Positions 13,367 to 27,554 are shown, counted from the first letter of the stretch. The stretch is 64,000 nucleotides of DNA from Cyanophora paradoxa CCMP329 (GCA_004431415.1 QPMI01000610.1:306074-370073), one strand, 5' to 3'. The notes: generated from the letters alone by a model not told the origin. Numbers and translations: made by a program.

Positions 13367-13490
13367 GTCTTGGCAAGCTTGGCGAACAAAGTGAACTGCG
13401 TACCCCTCCGCCCGGCAGCCCAGGCAGCTTGCGGGGCAGAAGGCTGGGGACTGCATTTCAACGGGCAGGAAAAGGAGACGCTGTGCTAGG

Positions 13491-16400
13491 CTAGGCTACT
13501 GGGGCGATACGCTGGGTGACGACCTGGCGCGGATCGCGGAACATGTCAAAGGTGCCGTCGAGCGCATCGCCGAGGAGGCCGAAGAGGACGCGCTCCAGGA
13601 CGCCCTCCGCGAGCCCCTCGAATTCGGGCATCGCGCGGATGAGCGTCTCCTGCCGCTCCGCCTCCGCCGCCGCCGCCGCCGCCTCGATCAGGGCCGTCGC
13701 CGCACCGGCCTCCTCGAGCGCCGGTAGCCGCGCGTGCGCGGCGCCGCCGTCGGCGATGTTGAGCGCGGGGGCAGCGACGAGGGGCGGGGAGGGCGCCGTG
13801 GGGGCGGGGGACGGGGCAGAGCTGATGACGAGGGACGGGGGCGCCTGGGGCCGGAGGGAGGCGCGGGAGGGGGTGCGGGGGGTCTCGGGGCGGCTCGGGG
13901 GCGCGGAGGCGAGCTGGAGGAAGAAGGGGATGGGCTCCTCGTCGAGGCTGCGGAGGGCCGTGCCGACGATCGGCTCCCTCAGGAGCTCCTGGAAGAGCCC
14001 GAGCAGCACGCCCTGCGCCACCGCCTGCGCCCCGCCCCGTTTCCCGTTGGCCCGGGCCCGGGCGGGGCGGCCAAGGGCGGGCGCGACGCACCACCTCGTC
14101 TTGCGAGCGCTCGGCGGGGCCCGGGGCGGGGCCGCCGACGGAGCGCGCCGAGGCGGAGCTTGCCAGGGCGGCGACGCTGGGCGCACGCGCAGGCTGCCTC
14201 CGCTCGAGCCCGAGCCGGCGGGGCCGCCCAGGCTCTCGGCCGCAGCGCGGGGGCGAAGCGGGGCTGGGAGGGGGCGGCGGCGGGCGCGGGGCGGCGGGCC
14301 GGAGCTTGGGCACGAAGACGGGCGAGGTGTCGAAGTCGCGGGCGGCGCAGGCCTCGCGCGAGAGGACCCGCAGCTCGACGCGCACCGAGACGGCGTGGAA
14401 GCCGGCAGCCGCCGCTGGCGTCGCCGGGTCGGGCGAGGCGGCCCCCGAGCGGGCGCTGCCGGCCGTCCTGCCCAGGGAGGCCTGCGTGGCGGCGGGGCCG
14501 GGGCCGCCGGCGGAGCGGGCGGCGAGGGAGGCGGAGAAGCGGGAGGCGGAGGTGACGACGGTGACGTGGCGGGCGGGGCCCCGCGCCGCCGTGGAGCGCA
14601 GGCCCGAGGCGCCCATCGAGCCGGCCCCCGAGCGCATCGTCCCGTTCGCCAGCCCGCCTGACTCCATCAGCTCCTCCTCCGGCGGAGCCGCCAGCGGCGC
14701 GGCGGCCGACCGGTGCGTCGCCGTCGCTGTCGTCGCCATCGACATCGCGTGCTGCGGCTTGGGCGTCGGCCCACAAACAGCGGCGGGGCGGAGGCGGCGG
14801 GCGAGCGGGGCTCACGTGGGGCGTCTTGGCGGGGGAGACGTCGCAGAAGAGGTCGGCGACGTGGGCGCAGGGCCCGGGCGTGGCGGTGAGGACGAGGAGG
14901 GCGTTGAGGCGGGCGCCGGCCTCCAGCTCGCCCTCGGCCGGCTCGACGCGGAGGCCCTGCTGGAAGAGCGGGTGGTCCCGCCGCCAGGCGAAGCGGACGG
15001 CGTGCGCGGAGGCGTTGTGGAGGAGCAGCAGGCGGCGGTGCACGGAGAGGGGCGGGACCTCCCCGAACGAGACCCGCTCGTGCGAGAGGTACAGCGCCTG
15101 CGTCGGCACCCGCAGCAGCTGCCGCTCCGGCGGGCCCGCCACCGCCCCCGGTGCCCCCGCCCCCGCCGCCTCCTCCGCGGGGGCCGCCTCCTGCTGCTGC
15201 TGCTTCGGGTGGTAGCCCCTCGCCACGAGCCGCGTGACGTAGACGTCGCCTCCGGCGATCCGGACTGGCACCGGCACCTCGTACGTCTTGGCTGTGCGCG
15301 GCGAGGCACGGCCGATCAGCGGGCCGCCGCGCGGCGCGGCGCGGTGGCGGGGGTGGGGAAGGCACCCTCAAGGGGCCGGAAGAGCCAGCGGAGGAAGGCG
15401 CGGCCGCGGGGCGGCAGGGTCCCCCGCGGGTTCTCGCACCGCAGCACCTCGAACCCGTACGACTCTGCACCCCCCCGCCCCTCGAACGTTCGGCCGGGCG
15501 AGCGCGGCGCGGGGGCGGCCGGCGGCGGGCGGGCGGACCCTCGCGGAGGCGCTCGACGGCGGCCGTGTCGATCTCGTACTCGAGGGGCGCGGCAGAGCCG
15601 CTGAGGAGCTCGACGGACTGCAGCACGGGCGTCTGCTCGCCGATCGCCACCGGGGCGAGCTCGACGACCTCGGGGAACATGTCGAGGACGCGCTCCTCGG
15701 GCCCCAGCGTGCGGCCCGTCAGCTGCAGCAGCGCGCTCTTCCCGTCCAGCAGCTGCAGGTGCACGGGGCACGTGTGCGTCCCCGGGAACTTGCGGTGGTG
15801 CGTGAGGGAGACGCGGGCCGTCTCGCCGGGGGCGAGGACGCCCTGGCGGGGACGGGCGTCGAAGAGGTCGTGCTCCATGACGAACGCGAGCTGCTTCTCC
15901 TCGGCGGTGCGCTCGGCGAGGTCCACCCAGCGCTCCACGTCCGCCTCCGTCTCGGCGGGGAAGCGGAGGGCCCAGCTGACGGGGATGACGCCCGTGTTGC
16001 GCAGCAGGACGTGCACGCGCGTCGGCGGGCCCTCCAGCTGCCCGCTCCCGAAGTCGAAGACGGCGCTCGCCAGGCCGCCCAGCGCCTCCTCCCGCCCCTT
16101 CGAGTTGCCCCCCGACGTGTTCAGCCGCACCTGCCGGCGCCGCCGCGTCAGACGAGGCAGAGGGGGACGGGGAGGAGGGAGGCGGGCCTCGTCGTGGGTG
16201 AGGTCGCCGGTGAGGGCCGCGTTGATGGCGTCCACGGCGAGCATGCGCCAGACCTGCGCCAGGCTGTACCCCTCCCCGCGCACGTCCGCGATCTGCGCCG
16301 TCGGGTACGAGGCCGTCGCCCGCAGCAGCGACTCGGCGGAGAAGACCGCAGCGTCGGGGCCCTGCCCGGGCCCCAGCGCCGCCTCCAGCGCCGCCGCGCT

Positions 16401-19400
16401 CGCCGAGTAGACCACCCGCAGCGCGAACGCGTACCGCCCGCCTGCGCCCCGCGCGCGTCGGCGGGGCGACGGCGGGGGCGGAGCGGAGGGGGCGCGGCGC
16501 ACGCTTGCGGGGCCGGAAGGCGAGGATGACGTCCTGGCGGGTGCCGGCGGCGATGACGCCCTGGGCCGGCGAGAACTCGACGACGCCCTTCGGCGCGCTT
16601 GGGGCGTTCTCGTCGAAGGCCGAGGGCCCCGTGCGGACGGAGAGCCACGTGGAGGAGACTCGCCCGTTCTCGCCGCTCGGGGCCGCGTCGTCGTCGCCCT
16701 CGGCGCGGCGCTCGAACTCGAGGCGGAAGTACATGGCGCACTGCCCGCGGTTGACGACGGCAAAGGTATGGAGGCGCTTGGAGCCGACGAGGACGCCGCC
16801 GAGGTCGAGCTCCTGCGGGTCGAACTCGAGCCAGCCGGTGGTCCCCTCGGCGACCAGCGAGACGGCGACGCGCTCCGAGGAGCGGCCCGAGGCTGAAGAG
16901 AGGGTCGACCGCAGCGAGAGCGCCGCCGTCGTCCCCGTCCCCGACGCCGTCGGCGCGCCCGCAGGGGCCCCCACGGGCGTCGCCAGGCACTGCAGCTTGG
17001 CCTCGTAGAGCTTGGCGGCCGAGGGGGCGAAGGTCCACTGCACGGCCTGCGCCTCGTTGCCGAGGAGGGTGCCGGAGCGCGGCTCGACGGAGAGGACGCC
17101 GGCGAGGCGGTGCGGGATCTCCCAATGGAACTGCACGGGGATCCGCGACGGGTTCGCGATCGTCAGCGGCCGCGTCGAGGCGCCCCCGACGCAGGTCGGC
17201 TTGAAGACCAGCTGCCCGTCCCCGTCCACCCGGATCCGCGCCACGTGCCCTGCGCCCCGCACCCACGCTTCGCACCGGGAGGGACGGGCGGGCAGCGGGG
17301 CCAGAGGGGGCGGGGCGCACCCTGCCCGGAGAGGGAGACCTCCTGGGCGCTGCTGGCGTTCCCGTTGAAGACGCAGCGGAGGACGCGCTCGTAGTTCTTC
17401 GCCTTGGCCGGCGTGAACCGCACGGCGATGAGCACGAGCTCGCCGGCGGGGACGAGGCCCGTGCGCGGCAAGCACTCGAAGACGCCCGACGGGTCGTGCT
17501 GCAGCTGGAAGCGCGCCGGCGTGTCCGCGCGGTTGTAGATCGCGAGCGTCTCGTGCGCCCGGTCCCCGACGTGCACGGGCGGGAAGCGGAGCACGCGCTG
17601 CCCGAAGGCGCAGTCGGGCGGGAACTGCTCGAGCTCCGGGGGGAAGGTGTGCCCCGCGAAGACGGGCGCCAGGCACCAGGGCGGGACGAAGGCGTCGTCG
17701 GTGACGAGGCGGAAGTTGCGCATCGTCTTGACGTACGCGTAGCACTCGACCTGCCCGCAGAAGGTCTGCATCTCCTTGCGGGGCTGGAAGACGGCGCGGA
17801 AGGCCATCGTGCTGCTCGGCTTCACGTCCGCGCTGCTCGGGATCACAGCGAAGGGCGCCTCGGCCCCCTCCGGCGGCGCCCACATGCACGTGATCTTCGC
17901 GGCGCCCCGGTTCGTCACTGCGCGGCGCCGCCGTCAGCGGCCGGCCGCGCCGGGGCGGGGCGGGGCGGGGCGGGGCGCGAGCGGGGGCCGCGCGGGGCGC
18001 GCCGTGGATGGTGCGGGGCTCGTTGGCGCGGTACTTGCTCCCCGGGCCGAAGTCGAGCTCGGCCTCCTCGAGGGCGACCTCGAGCCGCGCGTCCGTGTCC
18101 TCCACGAAGAGCTGCCGGCCCCGGCCCGGGCCTGAGCGGGGCGCCCGCGCGAGGCCGGCCGGGCCGGCCGGCGCACCTCGGACCACGTGTCGAGGGGCGC
18201 CTCCTCGCGGGGGGCCTCCCCCTCGGGGAGCGGGAGCGGGAGCCGCCGGCTGCGGTGACGCTTCACGTGCCGCTCGTCGAAGGGCGCCGGCCGCCGCGTC
18301 TCGTCGAAGCACGTCCCGAACAGGTCGATGTACTGCATCGAATGAGGGGGGCGGCGTGTGGGCGGGCGGCGAGGGGGGGCGGGAGGGCGCGCGGGGCGGG
18401 CGCACGAGGGGCCGCTGGTGGTGGACGAGGCAGTAGACGCGGCGGAGGTAGTTGCACGGCTCCGGCGGGGCGAACTTGACCATAAAGGAGACGGAGGACT
18501 GCGGGTTGATCGTCCCGCTCGTCCTGCTGAACCGGAAGACCCCGTTCCGCTCCGCCTGGAAGTGGAACGCCGCCGCCACGTCCGAGTTGTTCTGCGCGCC
18601 CGGGAGGGCTCAGCGGGCCGCCAGACCCGAGGCCGGGGCCGGGGCCGGGGCCGGGGCGCGGGGGCGGGGGGCGGGGGCGCACGTAGATGGTGACGGCGCG
18701 GGACTGGGAGCTGCCGGCCTGGACGTCGCCGAAGTTGAGGGAGGGGGCGGAGAGGGAGACGCTGGGCCCGATGGCCGTCCCCCGGCACGTCACCCGGATC
18801 GTGTTCCCCCCCGGCGTCGAGATGTCGTAGTGCTCCGCCGAGAAGGTCCCCGTGGAGGGCGGGCTGTACCGCACCCGCAGCGCGACGGAGCCCTCGGGCC
18901 CGACGACGCCCCTCGTCGGCGTGAAGGCGAAGTCCTCGTCGTGGGCGCCCCCGCCCTCGACGCGGGCGACGGCCCAGCTCGCCCCGACGATCGACTGGTT
19001 CCGGAAGACGAGCTCCCGCTCCACGCTCTCCCCCGTGTGCACCTCCCCGAAGTCCAGCGTCGCCTCCCGGCACGTCAGGAACGGGTACTTGCCGATGCCC
19101 GTCACCTGGATCCGCCGACTCTCCTCCTCCGCGACGTGGCACACGATCGACGCCACCGAGTTCGAGGCCTCCTGCGCCCCGCCGCTCCCGCGTCGGGTGC
19201 GGCGCGCCTCGCCGTGCCGGGGGCGCGCGCGGGGCGGACCTTGGGGGAGAACTTGATGACGATGCTGCGGGTCTCCCCGGGCTGGAGGAGGCCCCGGGAG
19301 GGGATGACCGTGAACGGTGGCGTCGTGGCGAAGCTGCGATGGCGCCGTCAGGGGCCCGGCGCGCGCGCGGTCGGGCGCGCGGGGCGCTCGCCTGAAGGTC

Positions 19401-19924
19401 GAGGCGAGCTCGCCCGGGTTGCGGAAGAGGAAGGTCTGCTCTGCGACCTCGTTGACGGCGCAGTAGCCGAACTCGACGGCGTCCGGCAGCACGACGACGC
19501 GGCCAGGCAGCGTTGCCTTGACGGAGACGAAGAAGGAGCCCTGGTCCGTAAGGAACTCAACGAAGTCGTGGTATTCCTCCTGCACGGGCCGGTCGGACGG
19601 GCGCGCCCAGATGGCACAGCGCGACGCCCGCCGCACCGCAACGATGGGCCGGAAGAGCACGGGGATGGAGTGGTGCATGCCGGGGCCGAGTTTGATCCAC
19701 TCAGGGAACGGCATGGAGAAGAACTTCGTAGAGGGCAGCTTGAACTTTATGCGCTGCATCTTCTTTCCTACGTTTTTTACGATGATCGTCTTCACGTACT
19801 CGCCGCCGGGCTCCCATCCCTTCCACTCAAACTCGCTCGCGCAGTGGAATCCGAACTTGCGCGCCCGCTGTGCCGGCGTCAGGATGACTGGCGCCCCCGC
19901 GGGGTCGCCCGCCTCGGCGGGCAT
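13491..19924 (-). CDS. CFAP65: Cilia- and flagella-associated protein 65 (CCDC108-like, ASH/PapD-like repeats)
   Basis: N-terminus FEWKGWEPGGEYVKTIIVKNV...KFKLPSTKFFSMPFPE; YAYVKTMRNFRLVTDDAFVPPWCL; repeated NxS/PxxG Ig-like units. Around 13 GC-rich introns. Confidence 0.88.
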
Positions 19925-20175
19925 CGCTAGCTAACGGCGTGGCCCGCCTGCAAAGCGGCAGCTGCTTTTTCGGCCGGCGCGCGGCTGCTAGCGCGGTGGC
20001 TGCTACCTGCTCTAGCTTGTGGTCGGCTGCTGCTCGCCGTCCTGCTCGCTCGGAATCGGCTGCCAAAGCGGGCTACCAAATGCAGCCAAATCGGCTGTAC
20101 CCCCTAGACAAGTCGTCTGTGTCGTCACCGCACTTTAGCGACCTGTAGTGTGCAACACAGCTTAGAGCGGTGCGG

Positions 20176-23143
20176 ATGGGACTGCTCAGCAAGGGCTCCC
20201 CGCTGCCTTGGGCAGCGACCAAGGAAGTGGCCGAACATGTGCGTCGGCACGGCATCCTGCAGTTCATCGCAGCATGGCGAAGGCTCAAGGACAGGCATGG
20301 CGATGTGCTTCGTTGGGGAGAGGAGGTCCGGAGCCGCGGGTTGACGCACGCGCCCATCGCTCACTGCAGGCCCGCAGGTCGAGTACATGATCCTCTACCT
20401 TGACCGCTCACAAAAGGTTGCGCGGCTGTCGCTTCGTGCCCCAGCCATCTTGGAGCGCATCAGTGCCGTCCAGATCGAATCGTCGTCTCCCTGGCAAGCC
20501 GCAGCGCACCTCGCACGAAACCGATCGCTTTCTCACGCGTTGTGTCCAGCGCGAAGCTGATCAAGTGGGTCCCCGAGTATGCGAACTGGATGCTCGAGGG
20601 TAAGCTCCCCGCCAGCTCCGATCGCATGCAGGGCGCTCACACCGAACCGCAGCGACTCCCGGCAACCCGTACGGCTCGCTTACATCTGATCTGCGTGCCG
20701 TGGAGCTTAACATGAAGCTCCGGTGTGCTTGCGATCCCCGTGCACTTACCGGTAGTCAATGATGGTCGCCGCAGGCGCTCGTGTATCCAGTTCTTCCTGG
20801 AAGATGGGGAGCACTTGATTACTATGCCGGCGTTCCCGCGCATGGGTGCTCCAAACTTCACGTATCCGGCAACTTTGCCCCGCGGGCCAGTGATGCAGTC
20901 TCTTTTTGTCGCGGACGCTGCAATCAACCCCCATCCGCGCTTCCCGTGCGCCTCATTGTGCCCGGCGGTTCGCTTGGCTAAGCCACACCGCCCGACTGCA
21001 GTACGCTCACGCGGAACATCCGGGAACGGAGAGGCGAGAAGGTGTATATCCATGTGCCACTGTTCATGGATACCAACACTGCGCCCCTTACTGTCAGTGA
21101 ACCCTCGCCACTTCCATCGTCATCGGAACCACCAGCCGCGGCTCATGGGTCAGTTGTCGCCTTCTAGGAAAAGTCTAGCTTTTTGACTCGGCACAGGAAC
21201 GGCGAGCCCAAGTCATTGACTAAATCGGCTCTCACGAATTCGCTGAACCGCATTGCAAATGGGTCTTCGGGCGACCTTCAGTCCGCAGAGAGCGAACAGT
21301 CCTCAAATGGAGCTGATCCAAGCAGCTCTTCCAAGACCTTCCCTGAAATCTACATGGATGGCATGGCCTTCGGAATGGGTTGCTGTTGCCTTCAGGTTTG
21401 CCAAAATATCTGCCGGCAGGTTTTCTATCGTTCTGAAAAGTTATCACTGCAGGTCACTTTCCAGGCAAGGGATCTTGAGGAAGCACGGCATCTCTATGAC
21501 CAGCTTATCCCACTGACCCCTATTATGGTCGGTTTTTCTAATCTTGCTCGCTAAGAAGGGTGCTTACGTGGGTGCAGCTCGCCTTGACAGCCGCATCACC
21601 CATGTTCAAGGGGCTTCTTGCTGACACTGACGTCCGTTGGCATGTCATATCTTCATCCGTTGATGATCGTTCTCCTGGCGAGCGTGGTATTGCAGTGCGC
21701 TTCTTCACTGCTTTCTAAAGCTTACAAACACTGACCTGCGCCTTGCAGCCCCTTGCCCCTGGGGAACGCAGGATCAAGAAGTCGCGTTACAGCTCTGTCG
21801 ATTGCTACATCTCGAATGACAAGACACTGAAGGACTCTTACAATGACATTGAAGTCCTCGTTGATGAGTCTTCTTACAACACGTTGCTGGAGGCGGGTGT
21901 TGATGAGCGGCTTGCTCGGCATATCGCCCATCTGTTCATTCGTGATCCCCTTGTTGTGTACAAAGAGTTGCTTGAGCAGGATGATGAGGAATCGACTGAC
22001 CACTTCGAGGTCTGCCGTGTTGCCAGTTGTGTAAATGCCCACCTGATTCCCACTGTTTTGCAGAACATCCAATCAACAAATTGGAACACTGTCCGGTTCA
22101 AGCCCCCTCCACCCGGCACAGAGATTGGATGGCGTGTAGAATTCCGATCAATGGAGGTCCAGCTCACAGACTTCGAGAATGCAGCCTTTGTTGTATTTAC
22201 TGTTCTTCTCTCCCGCATCATCCTGTACTTTGACCTCAATTTCTACATTCCTATCTCTAAGGTCTCTCTGCTTGGGCTCATTTCATTGTGAATGCACTAG
22301 ACTGATGTTCCACTCAGGTCGATGAGAATATGGAGAAAGCTCACATCCGTGGTGCTGTCAACACTGAGAAGTTCTGGTTCCGAAAGCATATCAGCAAGGG
22401 TCTGGTTTTGTTTGTTCTATGGCACTGATGGCCTGTGCTCATGTTTTGAGCAGCTTGCTGCGCACTTACGGAGGGTATGCTGGCGTCACCTGAGCATGAC
22501 TCGGACGAGTGTGACAAATACGACTTGTTCACAATCAATGAAATCTTTAATGGCAAGGGCGACAAGTTCCCAGGCCTGATTCCCCTGGTCTCTCGCTATT
22601 TGGACTCCATCGAGTGTGACGACGACACCCGCGAGGTTGTGGACCAGTACCTTGAACTGATCAGACTGAGAGCATCTGGCAAGCTTGTTACAGCTGCGAC
22701 CTATATGCGTGATTACGTGCACAAGCATCCGGCATACAAGCAGGACTCTGTTGTCTCAGAGGAGATAACGTACGACTTGATGAGGCACCTGACCAAGCTG
22801 GCTGCTGGTGAGCGTTTCTCTAATCCCTTCACTTGATGCATCTGCTCACCAAACCCCAATCGAAGGTGAGGTTCAGGCACCTGAGCTTCTGCAAGATTTT
22901 ATTCAAGAAGCAACTGCTAAGCCGGAGAGTGAACCCTCAAGCTCACAGAAGAGCCGCTTCACACTCTCTGAATGCGGTCCGTTTGCCTTGTTTGCACATG
23001 CACCCCTCTCCTGATATCCTGTACTTTTATCAGGGTGTATCCTGATCGATCACGGGAGCCATCTAAAGAAGCCAGGCGTTCCCCTCCGTGGAGCTAGTGT
23101 TCGATCAGATAGCCCTTTTCGGCCTCATATCAGTCGCAGCTGA
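20176..23143 (+). CDS. GCLC: Glutamate-cysteine ligase catalytic subunit (animal/fungal-type GCLC/GSH1)
   Basis: [109 protein letters not shown]. Confidence 0.97.
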
Positions 23144-23572
23144 TTCAGCATTTGGACTCAAATTCAAGTTGCAAGGTCCGGGCTACAAGTGTGGAGTGTA
23201 CGCTGTGGCGTGATTCCTGTATAGATGTCCTAGCTGCTTATGTCCATTTCAAAATGTGAGATCGCATGTGCTACGTGGCAGTTTTTTTCCATGCCCGGCC
23301 ATGAGGTTGTGCTTCGCAAGGTCACGATCGATACAGTCTAAGCTTAAGCTCGCCAGTCTTTGGACCATTTATATCGTTATATGCATGGTTTAAATTTGAC
23401 TTACCTCATTATATGCATAGCTCCGAGGGCTCATGATCAGCTGCGCATGCAGGTGTTACCTCAGATGCAGCTGCAGGCGCCGTCAGGGCCTTCAAGGCTT
23501 GTGCAGGGTAGCCAGGAGCCTCGGGATGCAGGTGTCGCAGGCCCGGCGCCACTCATACAGATTGCGAGCGGA

Positions 23573-23771
23573 TGAAGATTGCGAGACCGACATTAATTAT
23601 AATATTAGAGATGGAAGACATTTTATAGAGGAGAATTCGAACGGCATCGCCTCGGGATGTTCTGATGGTGGAACGGCATCGCCTCGGGATGTTCGAATTC
23701 TGCAGCTGATTGCGAGACAGACATTAGAGGGGGGGAGCCCGCATCGCCTCGAGGGATGTTCTGATGGTGGG
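23573..23771. repeat. Short imperfect direct repeats (gaacggcatcgcctcgggatgttctgatggtg x~3; gattgcgagac(c/a)gacatta x2)
   Basis: Copies at ~23639, ~23671 and ~23741, and at ~23577 and ~23708. They differ mainly by palindromic 6-nt insertions. Confidence 0.85.
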
Positions 23772-24052
23772 TACACCTTTGCAACCGCAGCACGAAACAG
23801 CGGCTCGAGCTCAAACCCCGCGAGGACCACTTCACTCAGGCGCGCAGCGTAGCGGCTCAGCTGCAGCGGCCTCGAGCTCGTGCACGTAGCCTAGTAGAAG
23901 AAGCCGCCCTGTGGGAAGATCCGCCCTCGTGGACGAGCGAGTCTCAGCTGCGCGTGCTTGACCTGCGGCAGCAGCGACTTGCGGCGGCGGGCCGCTTCTT
24001 GAGGATCAATCGGTCAATCCGCTCTGCTGCGGGCCTTCTCAACACATAAAAC

Positions 24053-25582
<1,530 letters not shown>

Positions 25583-26127
25583 ATATCAAGCTCAAGTTCG
25601 AACAGTGATGTCGTGTCCTCATAGTTGCCATTTCTGTCTTTTAAAACTTATGGACCGCGTGTGAAAGCTATTGTTGGTCTTGTTGGCCGGCTCTGCTGTG
25701 CTGTAGCTGGCCAGCAGTGCTCCCAGCCCGTGCGCTACACGCGGGATTGCCCCGAGGGGTGGTGAGGCTGTATTGGGAGCCGTGATGCGGTCCCGGAGGG
25801 TACAGCGAGACTACTGACTGGGGTACATGGTACGAGTGGCTCGACTCAGTGGAAACCCGACTGGCAGTCACTGAGTGGCAACAAAGCATTTGGACTCGTA
25901 CTAAAAACAAAGGTCCGGGCTACACTGTGACAAGTGTGGGAATGTACACTGCGGTCGCCACGACAGAGATTTGGTAAGATGAGATTTGCAATTGGTACGG
26001 AGGTACAGAGTCGCGTGGTAAAGAGTCGGGAGTCGAACGCCGTGGTGTGAAAGGTACGGTTCGAATTCAAGACCAGTTCCGCGGTCACATTCTGTGCAGC
26101 ATTACTCCGGTCCCCAAAAAAAGAGGG

Positions 26128-26230
26128 TCACTCAGGGCCCGGCTGCACCACCCGCTCAGTGCTGGTGAGTTGCACTTGGGATCGACAGCTGCCGCAGTGC
26201 ATGTTGCAATTGCAGCCGGGCCCTGAGTGA
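26128..26230. repeat. Perfect 20-bp inverted repeat enclosing 63 bp (MITE-like / hairpin)
   Basis: tcactcagggcccggctgca (26128-26147) is the exact reverse complement of tgcagccgggccctgagtga (26211-26230). Confidence 0.85.
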
Positions 26231-26343
26231 AGAACGGCCTGTAGCTATACTGCCTGCACTGATAACTATACTTCCTGCACATATTCTGGACCTCTCATAG
26301 CACGAATTGATCCATTTCAAAAAGCAAGGCATAATAATAGAAA

Positions 26344-27554
26344 TCATAGTTCCTTCACCTCTGTCAGCTGCCTCCTTAATACGAAAGAAAACACAAGAAG
26401 TACAGTGATTCCAAGAAGAATAGAGAACAGAGTGTTGCGTGTTGACTTCTGCAAGTGTTGCGTTTTATCTCGAGATGCCTTGGAGGCCGCCATGTCATCA
26501 TCAGGTGCGAGCGCCTTCTCTGCCGCCCTCTTCTCAGCAGCTTCGTCTGATTCAATGGAGTCTGCGGGGCTTGCTTTTGATGGCGGCTGCACTGGGCTCT
26601 GTGTTTCAGGTACAGAGTCGGGAGTCGAACGCCGTGGTGCCTTGACCATGCTACTGTACAGCTGCTTCACTTTCTGAGCATCCTCAATTTTGCCCTTCTT
26701 GGCCTTTTCAATGGCTGCCCGAATGCTGCTGTTTGCTGGATCGAGTTTCGCGGCAGCTGTCAGCTGCTCAACAGCAGAGTCCCATTCATGCAGTCCTATC
26801 TTGGCATGACCAGATCTGCCGCAAGTGGCCATGGCTTGAACTGGCGCGGAAAAAAATTACCTCTTGATCAGATCTAGATGCCGCACCTGTATAGAGCTTT
26901 CGCGCGCTGGGATTCGTCAAGCTTTTCGTTCTTCAGAACCTGTGCATGCGTCAGCGCGCACGTGACTCGAGAGATCAACGCGCGCTCGCCGTCTTCAACT
27001 GGTCCTCAGCCGCGTCGTACTTCTTGAGCGCCAGCAAGCTGGCTGCCAAATTCAGATGCAGCACGATGCGGCCCTGTTCGACCTCATCCTCGTATCCTTT
27101 CTCGTCGAACTGCAGGTAATTCATCTGCATGCTTGAAGAACAGGACGCAGCGCCAACTCACGCTCTCGTGGTACTGCGCGCCAGGAACGCGAACGTGAGA
27201 AAATACGGCCACGTGCGCACGAATTCGTGCGAAGCGCTCACAAAGTAAAAGAAGCCGAGCGCTTTCTCGTATGATGACGCAGCGTCCTCGTAGTTGCCCT
27301 TTTTGTGGTGCGCGTTCCCCTCCTCGCGCAAGCGGCGGCCCTCGGCCAGCTTCTCTTCCGTCGTCATCTCCCACTGCGTGCGCGTGCGCTCAGCCGTGCG
27401 CGCTCGCGGCACATTGGCGAACCTTCTCTTTTGAGCCGGATGCGCAGGCGGGTGCGCAGGCGGGTGCAGGTGCGCTGGATGTGCTGGGTGCTGCCGGTGC
27501 GGCAGCCCCGTTGAGAGCCTCGCCGATCTCTTCGACGTCTTCCTCCTTCGGCAT
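26344..27554 (-). CDS. Tail-anchored three-TPR (Hsp70/90 clamp-type) co-chaperone receptor
   Basis: LREEGNAHHKKGNYEDAASSYEKAL, LHLNLAASLLALKKYDAA, KALYRSGHAKIGLHEWDSAVEQLTAAAKLDPAN; C-terminal TM TLFSILLGITVLLVFSFVL followed by a short basic tail. 12-nt exon at 27162-27173. Confidence 0.85.

Noticed and set aside
13516-19930. Very long overlapping Arg/Gly/Pro-rich ORFs on both strands (also 42-48 kb and 51-62 kb)
   Set aside because: Explained by stop-codon scarcity at extreme GC, antisense frames and read-through of introns of the real genes.
23639-23771. CRISPR-like direct repeats
   Set aside because: Only ~3 irregular copies, no unique equal-length spacers, eukaryotic context, no cas genes.
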